From IMG/VR virus record IMGVR_UViG_2651869695_000003: DNA of 64,000 nucleotides; one strand, 5' to 3'. This document shows positions 42,753 to 52,488 of this stretch, in pieces. The notes under the pieces are model-generated. The model saw only the letters and a list, made by a program, of their open reading frames with translations, was not told the DNA's origin and made no database searches. This DNA is from a virus (lineage: Duplodnaviria; Heunggongvirae; Uroviricota; Caudoviricetes). The position numbers and the translations under genes were made by a program. Position 1 is the first letter of the stretch. Each line of letters begins with the position of its first letter.

Positions 42753-43217
42753 TTATTTTTCACACTGACTAGAGATATAGTCCTGCAATGCTCTTATCTG
42801 TTTATAACTGATTTCAATTCTCTCTCTGAGGGTGAAATAATCCCGTTGAGCGGTGTCAGTAAGTCGGGGGGCGGTAGCATCATCCAGGCTGGTGGTAATG
42901 GTCGTTGATTGCACTCTCGGGCAACTAGCGGCGAGGAACAGCCGCTTAGTGCCAACAGCAACATCACGCTGAAGCTGTTCAATAGTTGCTTTAGCATTTG
43001 CAAGTTCTCCGGTGTATTTCGCATCGAGCGCAGAAACATCACGCTGGCGCTGCTGCATCTCAGTAATGGTGGCGTTCGCCTGGCTGAGTTTTTCCTTCGC
43101 TTTATCGCGCTGTTCTTTGTAGGCGATGGCGTTATCACGATAATGATTAACAGCCCATGATAGGCAGACGATGGTGCAGATAACCAGAGAGGACAGAATC
43201 GCAGTTACTCTACTCAT
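42753..43217 (-). CDS. Rz: Rz i-spanin, right-arm copy
   Basis: Translation identical to 3499..3963. Confidence 0.85.
   Translation of the reverse strand: MSRVTAILSSLVICTIVCLSWAVNHYRDNAIAYKEQRDKAKEKLSQANATITEMQQRQRDVSALDAKYTGELANAKATIEQLQRDVAVGTKRLFLAASCPRVQSTTITTSLDDATAPRLTDTAQRDYFTLRERIEISYKQIRALQDYISSQCEK
42794..42997 (-). CDS. Rz1: Rz1 o-spanin, right-arm copy
   Basis: Translation identical to 3719..3922. Confidence 0.7.
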   Translation of the reverse strand: MLKQLLNSFSVMLLLALSGCSSPLVARECNQRPLPPAWMMLPPPDLLTPLNGIISPSERELKSVINR

Positions 43218-43692
43218 ATAGCTGAATTTCTCTGACCGTTCCGCCCGATTCTTTGAATTTTTCAATCAGGCTGTCAACCTTATGTTCGAACTGACCATAA
43301 CCAGCGCCCGGCAATGACGCCCAGATATTGCTGCAACGATCAATAGCCTGACGGATATCGCCGCGATCAATCATCGGTAAAGCACCACGCTCTTTAATCT
43401 GCTGCAATGCCACAGCATCCTGGCTTTTTGGAGAGAAGTCTTTCAGCCCAAGCTGCTTACGGTAAGCATCCCACCAGCGTGAAAGAAGCTGATAACGTCC
43501 TGCGGCTGTTGATTTAAGTTTCGGGTTTAGCGTGACAAGTTTGCGAGGGTGATCGGAGTAATCAGTGAACAGTTCACCTCCGACAATAACGTCATAACCG
43601 TGGTTACGTGTCGGTTGTCGCCCGTTATCCGTTCCTTCTGACCATGCCACCATATCGAGGAAAGCTTTACGCTGGGAATTTAGTACCTGCAT
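43210..43692 (-). CDS. R: Endolysin R-like, right-arm copy
   Basis: Translation identical to 3024..3506. Confidence 0.85.
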   Translation of the reverse strand: MQVLNSQRKAFLDMVAWSEGTDNGRQPTRNHGYDVIVGGELFTDYSDHPRKLVTLNPKLKSTAAGRYQLLSRWWDAYRKQLGLKDFSPKSQDAVALQQIKERGALPMIDRGDIRQAIDRCSNIWASLPGAGYGQFEHKVDSLIEKFKESGGTVREIQLYE

Positions 43693-43695
43693 AAA

Positions 43696-44022
43696 TTACT
43701 CCTTAGAGCCACCAAACTTATTACCGATTACTCTCATTGCAGCCCCACGAATAGCATCGACCCCGATCAGCCCAACGCCGCCACCAATGGCAACAGAAAG
43801 AGATTTAGGCCATCCGACATACTCAAGAGCGGATGCAAAAGTCAGCGTCAGAGCACCACAGAGCAAAATCTCGAGCGTTTTTCGTTTCCAGCCACCACCA
43901 CCGCCAAAATAGGCAATGCGCAAGCCAGCCATAACGATCGACATAATCACTGCGCCCAGCGGTGTGTCTCCACGCCACCAGCTCTGGACCAACTCCAGCC
44001 AGGTATTTGGGTTATGAGGCAT
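43696..44022 (-). CDS. Holin, right-arm copy
   Basis: Translation identical to 2694..3020. Confidence 0.7.
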   Translation of the reverse strand: MPHNPNTWLELVQSWWRGDTPLGAVIMSIVMAGLRIAYFGGGGGWKRKTLEILLCGALTLTFASALEYVGWPKSLSVAIGGGVGLIGVDAIRGAAMRVIGNKFGGSKE

Positions 44023-44318
44023 TTGTAGTTATCTCTCACCTCGCTGATACAGCAGGTGCAAATTGAGGGAACATCATGTACCGCAAATCAGAAGCGGAAA
44101 CATCAAAGAAGCCGAACCGATGGAGAACTGCGGAATAGGCCAGGACCAACGAATCCCCAGCCACAGAAACGACAAAACCCGCTCGACGGCGGGTTTAAGC
44201 TGTGTGGCGAAGTAACCACTCTTAACAGATTACAATGTTTTTTGCGGACCGCGCTAATGATTTCCTCTTTTTTTTGTTGTATTTTTCACACGGTTGCTAA
44301 AATTATTTCGGATCGATA

Positions 44319-45260
44319 ATGAGTACAGAAAATAAGAATAAAACCAGGCGAGTGAGAGTTGGTTTTTTCACTGGTAATGGAAGCAAAAAATATGGCACAT
44401 CTGCTGCAAAACTAGCCTTTGAGCAAATGACCACAGCAGATACTGTAACTTTTCCAATAACTTACACAACAGACACCCCAAGTCGAGGGTTAAAGTTAGT
44501 TATTCTTCAAAAAGATACCACACTGCAATGTTACTTTGGTTACGTATCGTGGAGAAGGGAATGCCTACTACCGTTCATCGAGGATGCTACAGGTAGTGAG
44601 AGAACAATTCCTTTAAATGATAAAGATTCTGTAGTTGAAAGAACATATTTTATCTATTACTACGAAACGGACTTATTAGCTATGACCCTCAACCATATAG
44701 GGCCCAAAGTAAATGATCTGGCATTCATTTTGTATAACAAAACTGATTTAAAAAGCGTCACTTTTGAAGCCATTTGGAAACAAGAGAGCATGAAGGAACT
44801 GCTTGAGGACGGAAATATCCTACGTAGTTTCGATCTTATAGTTGCTGCTCCAAGAAACTTTAACAAAGCTAATTATAAGATTAAAAACCCTTTAGCTAAT
44901 GAAATTATTGACATGGTTGTTGGTATGGGCGGGTCGCATCTAAGATTAAATATGCGAGGTCGGATTCGCCCGAAAAAACAAGGGTTTAACTATCTAAAAA
45001 CTTCTGTCACCGATGCTATTAAGGAACTACTTGAACTTTTTCCAAAAGGTTCTGGAGGTCTAAAAATTAAAAAAATTGATGTAACAGAGCCATCCAATAG
45101 AACGCCCAAAAGTCTACTTGACCAAGTATTGGTCAGTACAAAGACAATCATTGTCAAAAGCGGTTATCCATCCGATTCTGATATCAGAACGGCGATGATA
45201 TCTGCTAAAATTGATAACGCGAACTATCTTGCACAGTATGAGCTCGCTAGCAGAGACTAA
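44319..45260 (+). CDS. Hypothetical 313-aa protein, candidate RexA-like, right-arm copy
   Basis: Translation identical to 1456..2397. Confidence 0.4.
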   Translation: MSTENKNKTRRVRVGFFTGNGSKKYGTSAAKLAFEQMTTADTVTFPITYTTDTPSRGLKLVILQKDTTLQCYFGYVSWRRECLLPFIEDATGSERTIPLNDKDSVVERTYFIYYYETDLLAMTLNHIGPKVNDLAFILYNKTDLKSVTFEAIWKQESMKELLEDGNILRSFDLIVAAPRNFNKANYKIKNPLANEIIDMVVGMGGSHLRLNMRGRIRPKKQGFNYLKTSVTDAIKELLELFPKGSGGLKIKKIDVTEPSNRTPKSLLDQVLVSTKTIIVKSGYPSDSDIRTAMISAKIDNANYLAQYELASRD

Positions 45261-45269
45261 TAACCAAGC

Positions 45270-45731
45270 ATGGAGGACACAATGAGAGAATTAGCCACTT
45301 TTCTCTGGAAATGCGTCCTCTGGATTCTGTTGACCTATGCAGCGACAAAACTGTTTAAACCGATGAAGCATGCTGACGTACTCACAACAGCGGGGGTGCT
45401 CTCGACTATATCAGGCATCCTGTTTGGTTTTGTTCTGGCTGCAATATCTATATTTAGTAGTGCAAACAGCGATAAGGAAGGAGCAATTAATGCCCTTAAG
45501 CAAAACAACGTGTTACCAACTCTGGTAAATAGATTACTTTCAACAGGGTTAACTCTCATCGTCGCATGTATATTTCCATTGATAGCGATGTTTCTACCTG
45601 ATGATGTTATTGTTGCGGGCAAACCTATTGATTTCCTGTTCATACTGTTAGGCTTATCCTCCCTTATAATTTCGCTATATACCTTCGGAAGGTGTTGGTT
45701 AGTGTTACGAAAAATCTTCCCCCACTTGTGA
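45270..45731 (+). CDS. 4-TM membrane protein, candidate RexB-like, right-arm copy
   Basis: Translation identical to 985..1446. Confidence 0.45.
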   Translation: MEDTMRELATFLWKCVLWILLTYAATKLFKPMKHADVLTTAGVLSTISGILFGFVLAAISIFSSANSDKEGAINALKQNNVLPTLVNRLLSTGLTLIVACIFPLIAMFLPDDVIVAGKPIDFLFILLGLSSLIISLYTFGRCWLVLRKIFPHL

Positions 45732-45766
45732 CAGGTTGGCCTCATATGGGGCCAACCTGTGCAACC

Positions 45767-46132
45767 CTAAGCGTCCATTTCAAGGTTAAAATCCAACATT
45801 GAAAGGCAACCATCAATAAATCCTTCGGCTAGTTGTATTTCTATGCGTACCAATTTTTCATCCTTTCCACGCACCTTTGCAATCTTACGCTTGGATATTC
45901 TGTATAAATAATGTGCCACAAGCAGCGAGTGCTCATCTGGCTTTTTTTGCTTTAGACGAGCAAGACAACCTTCAATAATTAATGCATCACTATCTGAACA
46001 AGCCTGACGTGTTTTGCTTGTGTAGGGAAGAAGCCCCTTAAACCCAGCAGCTATAGGCGAATAGTCTACTCCAGAACTATCACTCGCCGCCCATGCTCCC
46101 CAACGCTCCAGAACCATCTGAATATCACGCAT
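45767..46132 (-). CDS. Antitermination protein Q, right-arm copy
   Basis: Translation identical to 584..949. Confidence 0.6.
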   Translation of the reverse strand: MRDIQMVLERWGAWAASDSSGVDYSPIAAGFKGLLPYTSKTRQACSDSDALIIEGCLARLKQKKPDEHSLLVAHYLYRISKRKIAKVRGKDEKLVRIEIQLAEGFIDGCLSMLDFNLEMDA

Positions 46133-46149
46133 CAACTTTCTCCACCAAA

Positions 46150-47145
46150 TCAGGCCAACACCCCAATCGCCAGCGCGCGATCGATAAAACGAAATATCAG
46201 CTCCAGTTGGGAGCCATACTTCTCTTCAAATGCCACGGTATCCGCATGCAGCTCGTCGTGATGCTTTCTGCACAAAGGCAACACAAAGAGGTCATGCGCT
46301 TTTGTACCCATTCCACCCTGACCGTGACCTATCAGGTGGTGGGGATCATCAGCAGGCTTTCCACAACATGCACACGGCTGTGTCTTAACCCAGCGCGTGT
46401 ACTTTTCATTAACCCAGCGGCGGCGTTTTGGGCGTAACATAAAAGACTCCAGCGACTCCGGATCCACTTTCAGCGCCAGCACCTTTTTCGCTTTATCCTG
46501 GATAATGCTGGTGGCAGGAACCGAAGGCACAAGGTCACTTTCCCGGGTGACCGCCTGCACAACAGGCTTCGGTAATCTCAGTGCCTTACGGGCTGCACTT
46601 TCCGGTAAGGCATCCGCCAGGTCATTACGAATCAGCCACCAGCACAGTTCCGGTATTGTCACAACGTGACTATCATCAAAACCGAGATCCCGACGCACAA
46701 CAGACAACACCCAGCGGGCACAGTTATCCGTTGCCATTGATTCCAGCCGTTCCGTGAACTGATCGCGCAGCTGGTTATCGCAGTGCCAGCACAAACGGAT
46801 TGCGCCCGGAGCGTGTCGCATTGTTGTCATGTTCTCGCTGTGCCAGTCGGAATGAGGCCACTGGCAGCCTTTTTCACGAAGTAACCAGCTTTCAAGACAT
46901 TCCACGCCACCAGCACGACGGATCACTGCCTCATTGCGGAATACGGCCCGAACGGCAGGATCATCCGCCAGCGGTTGTGATGCCGCCGGAACGGCACCAC
47001 TGGCGAAAGATGAATAACGTTCCGGCTCAGGCTCCAGCAGGACACGCCCCTGCATAAACAGGGGCATCAACTCTGAACCTGGCCTGAACAATACGATCCC
47101 CATACGCGGGGCAATTTCAGGGGTCAGTAGTGCTCTCACGGTCAC
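46150..47145 (-). CDS. DUF968-like protein with Cys/His-rich HNH-like C-terminus (full length)
   Basis: 331 aa; C-terminal 186 aa identical to left-arm partial ORF; the N-terminal part lies beyond the mirror boundary. Confidence 0.5.
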   Translation of the reverse strand: MTVRALLTPEIAPRMGIVLFRPGSELMPLFMQGRVLLEPEPERYSSFASGAVPAASQPLADDPAVRAVFRNEAVIRRAGGVECLESWLLREKGCQWPHSDWHSENMTTMRHAPGAIRLCWHCDNQLRDQFTERLESMATDNCARWVLSVVRRDLGFDDSHVVTIPELCWWLIRNDLADALPESAARKALRLPKPVVQAVTRESDLVPSVPATSIIQDKAKKVLALKVDPESLESFMLRPKRRRWVNEKYTRWVKTQPCACCGKPADDPHHLIGHGQGGMGTKAHDLFVLPLCRKHHDELHADTVAFEEKYGSQLELIFRFIDRALAIGVLA

Positions 47146-47146
47146 C

Positions 47147-47944
47147 TCAATGAACGGTATCGAGCAGCTTTAACAGCTCAGAGAATCGGGATTCGAAGAA
47201 ATGCGGCTGCGTCTCGCGCGGATTTGCGGGACTGGTGATGTTCTTGCCGAACATGCAGCCTTTCGCTGTCAGCGACCAGAATTTTTTGATGTTGTTAATC
47301 GCGGTACGGCTGTATCGTTCGCGCTGCTCGACGATCCCCAGCTTCACCATCTGGTGATATGCCTGATTAGCCGTCAGGCGGATACCATACTGTTTCAGCA
47401 GTGCACTCAGTGACAGCGTAGGGCGACTTGAGCCATCGTGTGCATCAGCAGGAGCATCAATGGCATAGCGCGGTGCCAGATTCGGTAAGCCAACAGCCTC
47501 CTGAAGTTTCTGACAGGCTCCAAGCACTGAAGAGTTAGACAGATTTAACTCCCGGCGCATAAAGTCCAGCAGAATCACGCCAGCCTGCATCTTGTCAGCA
47601 GCCTGTCCGGATAATTTTTCAGGTGCGCTGGTTACCATGTCGAAAGTACGGATCACCTTCAGATGGAATGACGGGCTGATCCACATTGCATAGGCATACA
47701 CCAGTTCTTTGCAGACATACGTCCCCTGGTTATTTCCGCCACGAATAACGTTAACTGGCGCTATATTGACCGAGTTGCAAATCTGCAACTCGCTTATTAA
47801 ACGTTCGGTTTGCTCATTGCGGAGCCAGAATGCAGGCTTATGTTTATCCAGAGAACCGGCAGCCCTGTGCAAATCGTTCAGGCTGTAACGCCCATAAGCA
47901 TCACGACGAACTTCAATACCATCAATAACCATCAGATTATTCAT
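47147..47944 (-). CDS. KilA-N domain protein (antirepressor-like)
   Basis: N-terminus MNNLMVIDGIEVRRDAYGRYSLNDLHRAAG typical of KilA-N DNA-binding domain. Confidence 0.55.
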   Translation of the reverse strand: MNNLMVIDGIEVRRDAYGRYSLNDLHRAAGSLDKHKPAFWLRNEQTERLISELQICNSVNIAPVNVIRGGNNQGTYVCKELVYAYAMWISPSFHLKVIRTFDMVTSAPEKLSGQAADKMQAGVILLDFMRRELNLSNSSVLGACQKLQEAVGLPNLAPRYAIDAPADAHDGSSRPTLSLSALLKQYGIRLTANQAYHQMVKLGIVEQRERYSRTAINNIKKFWSLTAKGCMFGKNITSPANPRETQPHFFESRFSELLKLLDTVH

Positions 47945-47963
47945 ACTTCGTTTCTCCTCTTAA

Positions 47964-48353
47964 TCAGGCGGCTGCACCCGCCGGTTTCTCGTACTTACTG
48001 ATAGTGATCTCGACCTTCCCTTCCGGGATAACCGGTCCCCACTCCACCAGCATTCTTTTCACCTGACTGTCGTCTTCCCACACACCCGCGTGGGTCAGGG
48101 CGTCAAACAGCGCCTTGTTATAGTTGTCCAGATCGCGGATCCGGTTATCCGGAGGAAACAACACGATCTCCACTGAAGCAGGTGCCGACGTTGGTTTTGG
48201 CAGACGACGTAACTGCTCAAATATTGCTGCACACGCCGCGCTCTGGAATTTGCGCCCCGCCGCGCTTATCAGGCTCTTACCAGCAAACGCCCCTTTGTTG
48301 GGGTGTCGCCAGTACGTGTTCACGCTGGGCGGAAAAGGCAGGATCAGCTTCAT
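47964..48353 (-). CDS. rusA: Holliday junction resolvase RusA
   Basis: 129 aa with RDLDNYNKALFDALTHAGVWEDDSQV matching RusA catalytic region. Confidence 0.8.
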   Translation of the reverse strand: MKLILPFPPSVNTYWRHPNKGAFAGKSLISAAGRKFQSAACAAIFEQLRRLPKPTSAPASVEIVLFPPDNRIRDLDNYNKALFDALTHAGVWEDDSQVKRMLVEWGPVIPEGKVEITISKYEKPAGAAA

Positions 48354-48676
48354 ACTTTCAGGCCCCTCTCATGTAACCAGTGGGCTGCACGCAGCCTGGC
48401 GTTTTCCTCACCGGCAAGCAGTGAGCGGATAATCCCGACCGCCTCGCTGTCGTCGTCCTTCACCGCGGTATGAAGCGTTATCCCCCGTGCCACGCCACGC
48501 TTTATCGTGATGACGCCTTTTTTCTCCAGTGCGCGAAGATGCTCCACCGCTGCATTCACTGAACGGTATCCCAGCATGGTAGCCACCTCCTGATTGGTTG
48601 GTGGGAAGCCACGTTCTTTCTGGTAAGAAATCAGCATATCCAGCACCTGCTGCTGGCATTGAGTTAACGTCGTCAT
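48350..48676 (-). CDS. LexA-like winged-helix DNA-binding protein (no peptidase domain)
   Basis: LTQCQQQVLDMLISYQKERGFPPTNQEVATMLGYRSVNAAVEHLRALEKKGVI resembles LexA N-terminal domain. Confidence 0.5.
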   Translation of the reverse strand: MTTLTQCQQQVLDMLISYQKERGFPPTNQEVATMLGYRSVNAAVEHLRALEKKGVITIKRGVARGITLHTAVKDDDSEAVGIIRSLLAGEENARLRAAHWLHERGLKV

Positions 48677-49170
48677 TAAGCCCCCACGTAATTCCCTGAC
48701 AGATACCACTCTTCACCTGATGCAGCCCGCTTACTGCTTTTCCGTAAACACCGTTCACGACGCGCCAGAAAATTGTTTCGTTCTGGCTGGGAGTGGCTTT
48801 CACGGAATGCCGCCATCCACACCGTTGCAGCACGACGGTATAAGCCCCTGGACTCCAGTTCTTCCGCCTGGCGGGTCAGGCACAAAATCACCCGCGGGTC
48901 GTTAGTGCCGACATAGAAATTGCGCACAGGTCTGGTTTCACGAACTGGTTGTGGTTCCGGATCCTGCGCTCTCTCAGTCAGGCGCGGGAAATGTCTGTGT
49001 GTATCTCCTTCACAACGGTGAGCCACACGCCCACTCTGACGTAACTTGCTTGCTGACTGCAGAACGCGCTGCCGTGAGTAACCTGCAAAAGCATCCGCAA
49101 TGTCTCCGGAAGTACAGCCCGGATGGGCTTCAATGAATTTCTGAACGTCATTCAAAAGACTCATGCTCAC
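48676..49170 (-). CDS. Hypothetical protein (replication/nin region)
   Basis: 164-aa ORF translationally coupled between O-like gene and LexA-like gene. Confidence 0.4.
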   Translation of the reverse strand: MSMSLLNDVQKFIEAHPGCTSGDIADAFAGYSRQRVLQSASKLRQSGRVAHRCEGDTHRHFPRLTERAQDPEPQPVRETRPVRNFYVGTNDPRVILCLTRQAEELESRGLYRRAATVWMAAFRESHSQPERNNFLARRERCLRKSSKRAASGEEWYLSGNYVGA

Positions 49171-50108
49171 CCCCTGAATCCTGCCGGGATCTGGCTGTAG
49201 TCCACATTGTCGTAACTGGCTTTGAAGTACGGGTCTTCGCGTTTTTCTGTGTACGTGCTGACGGACGGCGATAAGCGCAGGGAAAGCTCATCCCATTTTT
49301 CCCGCAGCTTCGACGGGCTGAGCACGTTACGGCACCAGAACGGATCGCGGCTGACGCGGCTGTACATCTCGCAGATTTGTTTGTGAGTACGACCATCCTG
49401 CACACACATCAGGCGAATTTCGTTTGCCCAGGCTGTCCAGTTCGGTTCTTTGGGACGAACCACCTCGCCGTCACATTCGGCAGCCTGCTCGTACAGGGCG
49501 ATGATTTTTTTCCAGAGCCACTGTGCGCAGGTCAAATCATCCTGCGTCCCCCACTGGCGCTTTTTAGGGCTGAATACAACCGCATCAGGATGGCGAGTTA
49601 AAAAATCCTGTTCAGCCGTCTGCGTGTCCGGTTGCGAAGCGTCCGGACGAGAAGGTTTTTTATCTGACGGATCATGTTTTGATTTTACTGACGGATCCCC
49701 GCCAGATTCTGACGGGTGAAAACCCGCTTTTTTGCCAGATTTCGACGCATCAAATTTTGACGGGTCAGATTTTGATGCGTCAGATTTTGACGGGTCAGAA
49801 TCTGACAGTTGAGAAAATGCCGCTGCCTGAAGCTTCGCAACGTTAAGCTGATAAACATTCGACGCATTGCGGTTACCCTGGCGACGCGCCTTACGCGTTA
49901 ACCAGCCTTCTGCTTCCAGCCGTGCGATAGCCGTTCTGACGGTACTCATCCCCGCGCCAATCTGACGGGCAATGGTTTCAATTGATGGCCAGCACACACC
50001 TTCGTCATTACTGAAATCAGCCAGGCGGGCCATAATTGCCACGCTGGATAACTTCATGCCTGATGCAGCGCAACCATCCCATACATAGCCGGTTAATTTA
50101 GTGCTCAT
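49167..50108 (-). CDS. Replication initiation protein (O-like, winged-helix N-terminus) with internal iterons
   Basis: N-terminal HTH-like segment; central Ser/Asp/Lys-rich linker (DPSKSDASKSDPSKFDASKS) encoded by 15-bp tandem repeats; position after cII-like gene. Confidence 0.55.
   Translation of the reverse strand: MSTKLTGYVWDGCAASGMKLSSVAIMARLADFSNDEGVCWPSIETIARQIGAGMSTVRTAIARLEAEGWLTRKARRQGNRNASNVYQLNVAKLQAAAFSQLSDSDPSKSDASKSDPSKFDASKSGKKAGFHPSESGGDPSVKSKHDPSDKKPSRPDASQPDTQTAEQDFLTRHPDAVVFSPKKRQWGTQDDLTCAQWLWKKIIALYEQAAECDGEVVRPKEPNWTAWANEIRLMCVQDGRTHKQICEMYSRVSRDPFWCRNVLSPSKLREKWDELSLRLSPSVSTYTEKREDPYFKASYDNVDYSQIPAGFRG
49690..49805. repeat. Iteron-like direct repeats (~7 copies, 15-bp period), candidate origin
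   Basis: Tandem units of the form AGATTTTGACGGGTC / AGATTTTGATGCGTC inside the O-like gene. Confidence 0.5.
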
Positions 50109-50117
50109 GACCGACCT

Positions 50118-50456
50118 CTATTTCCCTGAATTTACGACGAAACTGTTCGAGCGGACTGAAGCATTCATGCTCATAACCTTCGCGGAGGTAGATAACCCGT
50201 TGTGTTTCCGGCTCCCAACGAATGACTCTGACGGGTACTCCGTAGTGATCTTTGAACCAGCGGTTAACTTGTCGCAAAGGACTGTCTCCTTCTGCCGGTT
50301 GAAATCACCCACAGCCCACTCTGCAAAGCTGTGGGTTACAATTTCCCTGTCACCTGGTACATTCACTGCATAGCAATATTCCACCTTCGCTTTTCCACCC
50401 GGAACAGGAAGCGCAATCAGTTGCGAGCGACGGTAGTGTGTTGTTAAACTGTTCAT
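50118..50456 (-). CDS. Hypothetical protein
   Basis: 112-aa ORF between cII-like and O-like genes; C-terminal half looks less protein-like, possible frameshift. Confidence 0.3.
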   Translation of the reverse strand: MNSLTTHYRRSQLIALPVPGGKAKVEYCYAVNVPGDREIVTHSFAEWAVGDFNRQKETVLCDKLTAGSKITTEYPSESFVGSRKHNGLSTSAKVMSMNASVRSNSFVVNSGK

Positions 50457-51022
50457 GCGTTAGTTTCTCCACAACCAGAAGCAATCGACGCCACGACGCC
50501 CGGAGCTGCACACTCGCGGGCGTCATTACTTTCTGAAATGCAAAAAATTTTGTAGACCAGTGCTGCATGCTCCTGCAGCTTCGAAATTGAGAGATACAGC
50601 TCGTCGTTAATTGCTGTCTTCTCATGCGGTTCCACTACACCGTCTTCGATTGCTGAACGAATCTGTTTTGAATAACTGCCGATCTGTTCAATGACTTCCA
50701 GCAGACGCTGGTTAATATCGGCGTTGTCCACATCCTCGACGTCAGGAAGAGACACAAAGACGCCATTTGCAGACTGCGCCACAGCATCAGCAATGAAGTG
50801 AGTGCCACCAGCACGCTGTAAAACCATTGCCCATCCCAGCGGGAAAATCTGATCGCCATCTGCACGAAGGCGGTTGAATAAAGCGTTTTCTGTTACATCG
50901 AGCCAGTCAGCCGCTTCAGCGTAACCACCCGGCAACGCCGCGATAGTTTTTCTGACAGCTTTCACGTACCACTCAGGCTGTTTTTCTATTTTCCAGTGAT
51001 GCTTACCCACAATTAGCCTCAT
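50453..51022 (-). CDS. CII-like regulatory protein
   Basis: 189 aa directly downstream of cro-like gene; family assignment from memory. Confidence 0.4.
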   Translation of the reverse strand: MRLIVGKHHWKIEKQPEWYVKAVRKTIAALPGGYAEAADWLDVTENALFNRLRADGDQIFPLGWAMVLQRAGGTHFIADAVAQSANGVFVSLPDVEDVDNADINQRLLEVIEQIGSYSKQIRSAIEDGVVEPHEKTAINDELYLSISKLQEHAALVYKIFCISESNDARECAAPGVVASIASGCGETNA

Positions 51023-51053
51023 CGTTCTGTGGTTAAAAATTGAAAGTGTTCTG

Positions 51054-51254
51054 CTAATCTTTCGGATAGATATCCGGTCTTAAGTCAGATTTCGTAATTG
51101 CACCTGACGTGCATTGCTCAAGTTTTTTAGCCAGCACAAAACTGGCTTTTTTATAGCCATTGAAAACCAGCCGTAAGTAGCCAGGTGTTGAGCCAACTTT
51201 TCCGGCCAACTCGCCCTGCTGTTCTTTGGTTAAAGAGTCCCAATACGCTTTCAT
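51054..51254 (-). CDS. cro: Cro-like HTH repressor
   Basis: 66 aa (MKAYWDSLTKEQQGELAGKVGSTPGYLRLVFNGYKKASF...), divergent from cI across a 90-bp operator region. Confidence 0.65.
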   Translation of the reverse strand: MKAYWDSLTKEQQGELAGKVGSTPGYLRLVFNGYKKASFVLAKKLEQCTSGAITKSDLRPDIYPKD

Positions 51255-51344
51255 ACAATATGTACCTCCGATGTACATATTACATGATTGAAATGAACCT
51301 TCAAGATACTTGTACCTTAACGGTACAAGGGTTTTAATTTCGTT
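51255..51344. promoter_or_regulatory. cI-cro divergent promoter/operator region
   Basis: Palindromes ATGTACAT and CTTGTACC-ttaa-CGGTACAAG with repeated TGTAC half-sites. Confidence 0.5.
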
Positions 51345-52019
51345 ATGAAAACAATCCATGACATCCGGCGGTCTAACGCCAGAAAACTGAGAGATGGTGT
51401 TGGCGGGAATTCTTCCTTTGCCACTATGATTGATCGCGAGCCAACCCAGACCAGCAGGTTTATGGGAGATGGTGCTACTAAAAATATCGGTGACAGCATG
51501 GCACGACACATCGAAAAATGTTTCGACCTGCCTGTCGGATGGCTCGATCAAGAACACCAGACAACGAACATCACAAAAAAACCTGATGTTTCAATCACTA
51601 ATAAACAAATCACATTAGTCCCTGTCATATCATGGGTACAGGCCGGAGCATGGAAAGAAGTTGGATATTCTGAGGTTGATTTGAGCACAGCAGAAACGTA
51701 TCCCTGCCCTGTACCCTGTGGGGAAATGACTTATATCTTGCGGGTGATAGGTGATTCAATGATTGATGAGTACCGCCCGGGAGACATGATTTTTGTCGAT
51801 CCTGAAGTACCTGCCTGCCACGGTGACGACGTTATTGCATTGATGCACGATACAGGTGAAACCACCTTCAAAAGGTTGATAGAAGATGGGACACAGCGTT
51901 ATCTCAAAGCGTTAAACCCAAACTGGCCTGAGCCTTACATTAAGATCAACGGTAATTGCTCTATAATTGGTACAGTGATTTTCTCAGGAAAACCAAGAAG
52001 ATACAAAATCAAAGCCTAA
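51345..52019 (+). CDS. cI: CI-like repressor (HTH + S24 LexA-like peptidase domain)
   Basis: 224 aa; C-terminal GDSM ... KRL Ser/Lys dyad context typical of autocleaving repressors. Confidence 0.8.
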   Translation: MKTIHDIRRSNARKLRDGVGGNSSFATMIDREPTQTSRFMGDGATKNIGDSMARHIEKCFDLPVGWLDQEHQTTNITKKPDVSITNKQITLVPVISWVQAGAWKEVGYSEVDLSTAETYPCPVPCGEMTYILRVIGDSMIDEYRPGDMIFVDPEVPACHGDDVIALMHDTGETTFKRLIEDGTQRYLKALNPNWPEPYIKINGNCSIIGTVIFSGKPRRYKIKA

Positions 52020-52191
52020 TCAATGTTTATGAACCTGCTTCGGCAGGTTTTTTTATACTTGACAATGTACCTTTGAGATACATAATGTACCCAAGCGAAA
52101 CAACGAACAGGCAGGACGCCCACGAAGTAGCCGCCTGGGGCATATGAAGTCCAGGATGATTCGTTGAGTCATGTTGTGCCACTAGGCACTC

Positions 52192-52488
52192 ATGTTAAAG
52201 CAGGTGTATGAAATGAAAGTCCAGATTTTAAACAATAACTGTGAAGTCGTTTGGTCATACGACATAGCCGCCCCTGTAGATCAGAGCGGCGATAGCTGGA
52301 CCAATGGGAAACATCAGATTATGGCTGGAGTTGTGTTCTCTTTACGCCGTGCTTTGGAACAGGCTGAAGTATTTCCATCAGACCCTGAATGGAAATGGCC
52401 TTTTTCTATTTGTCCAAATTCGGAGAGCACATTTCAGAAAATTGGTCAGAAAGTCGCACTCGAAGAGCATCAGCCAACTGTTTCCTGA
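52192..52488 (+). CDS. Hypothetical protein
   Basis: 98-aa ORF downstream of cI; overlaps convergent ORF 52406..52651. Confidence 0.3.
   Translation: MLKQVYEMKVQILNNNCEVVWSYDIAAPVDQSGDSWTNGKHQIMAGVVFSLRRALEQAEVFPSDPEWKWPFSICPNSESTFQKIGQKVALEEHQPTVS

Larger units (their letters stand above)
24202..46715. repeat. Right arm of ~22.5-kb inverted duplication (mirror of 1..22514)
   Basis: Identical translations to left arm on opposite strand; continues rightwards into unique early region. Confidence 0.9.

Noticed and set aside
49690-49805. Tandem 15-bp repeats considered as a possible CRISPR-like array
   Set aside because: The repeats are contiguous without unique spacers, in-frame inside the O-like gene, and there are no cas genes; iterons are a better explanation.
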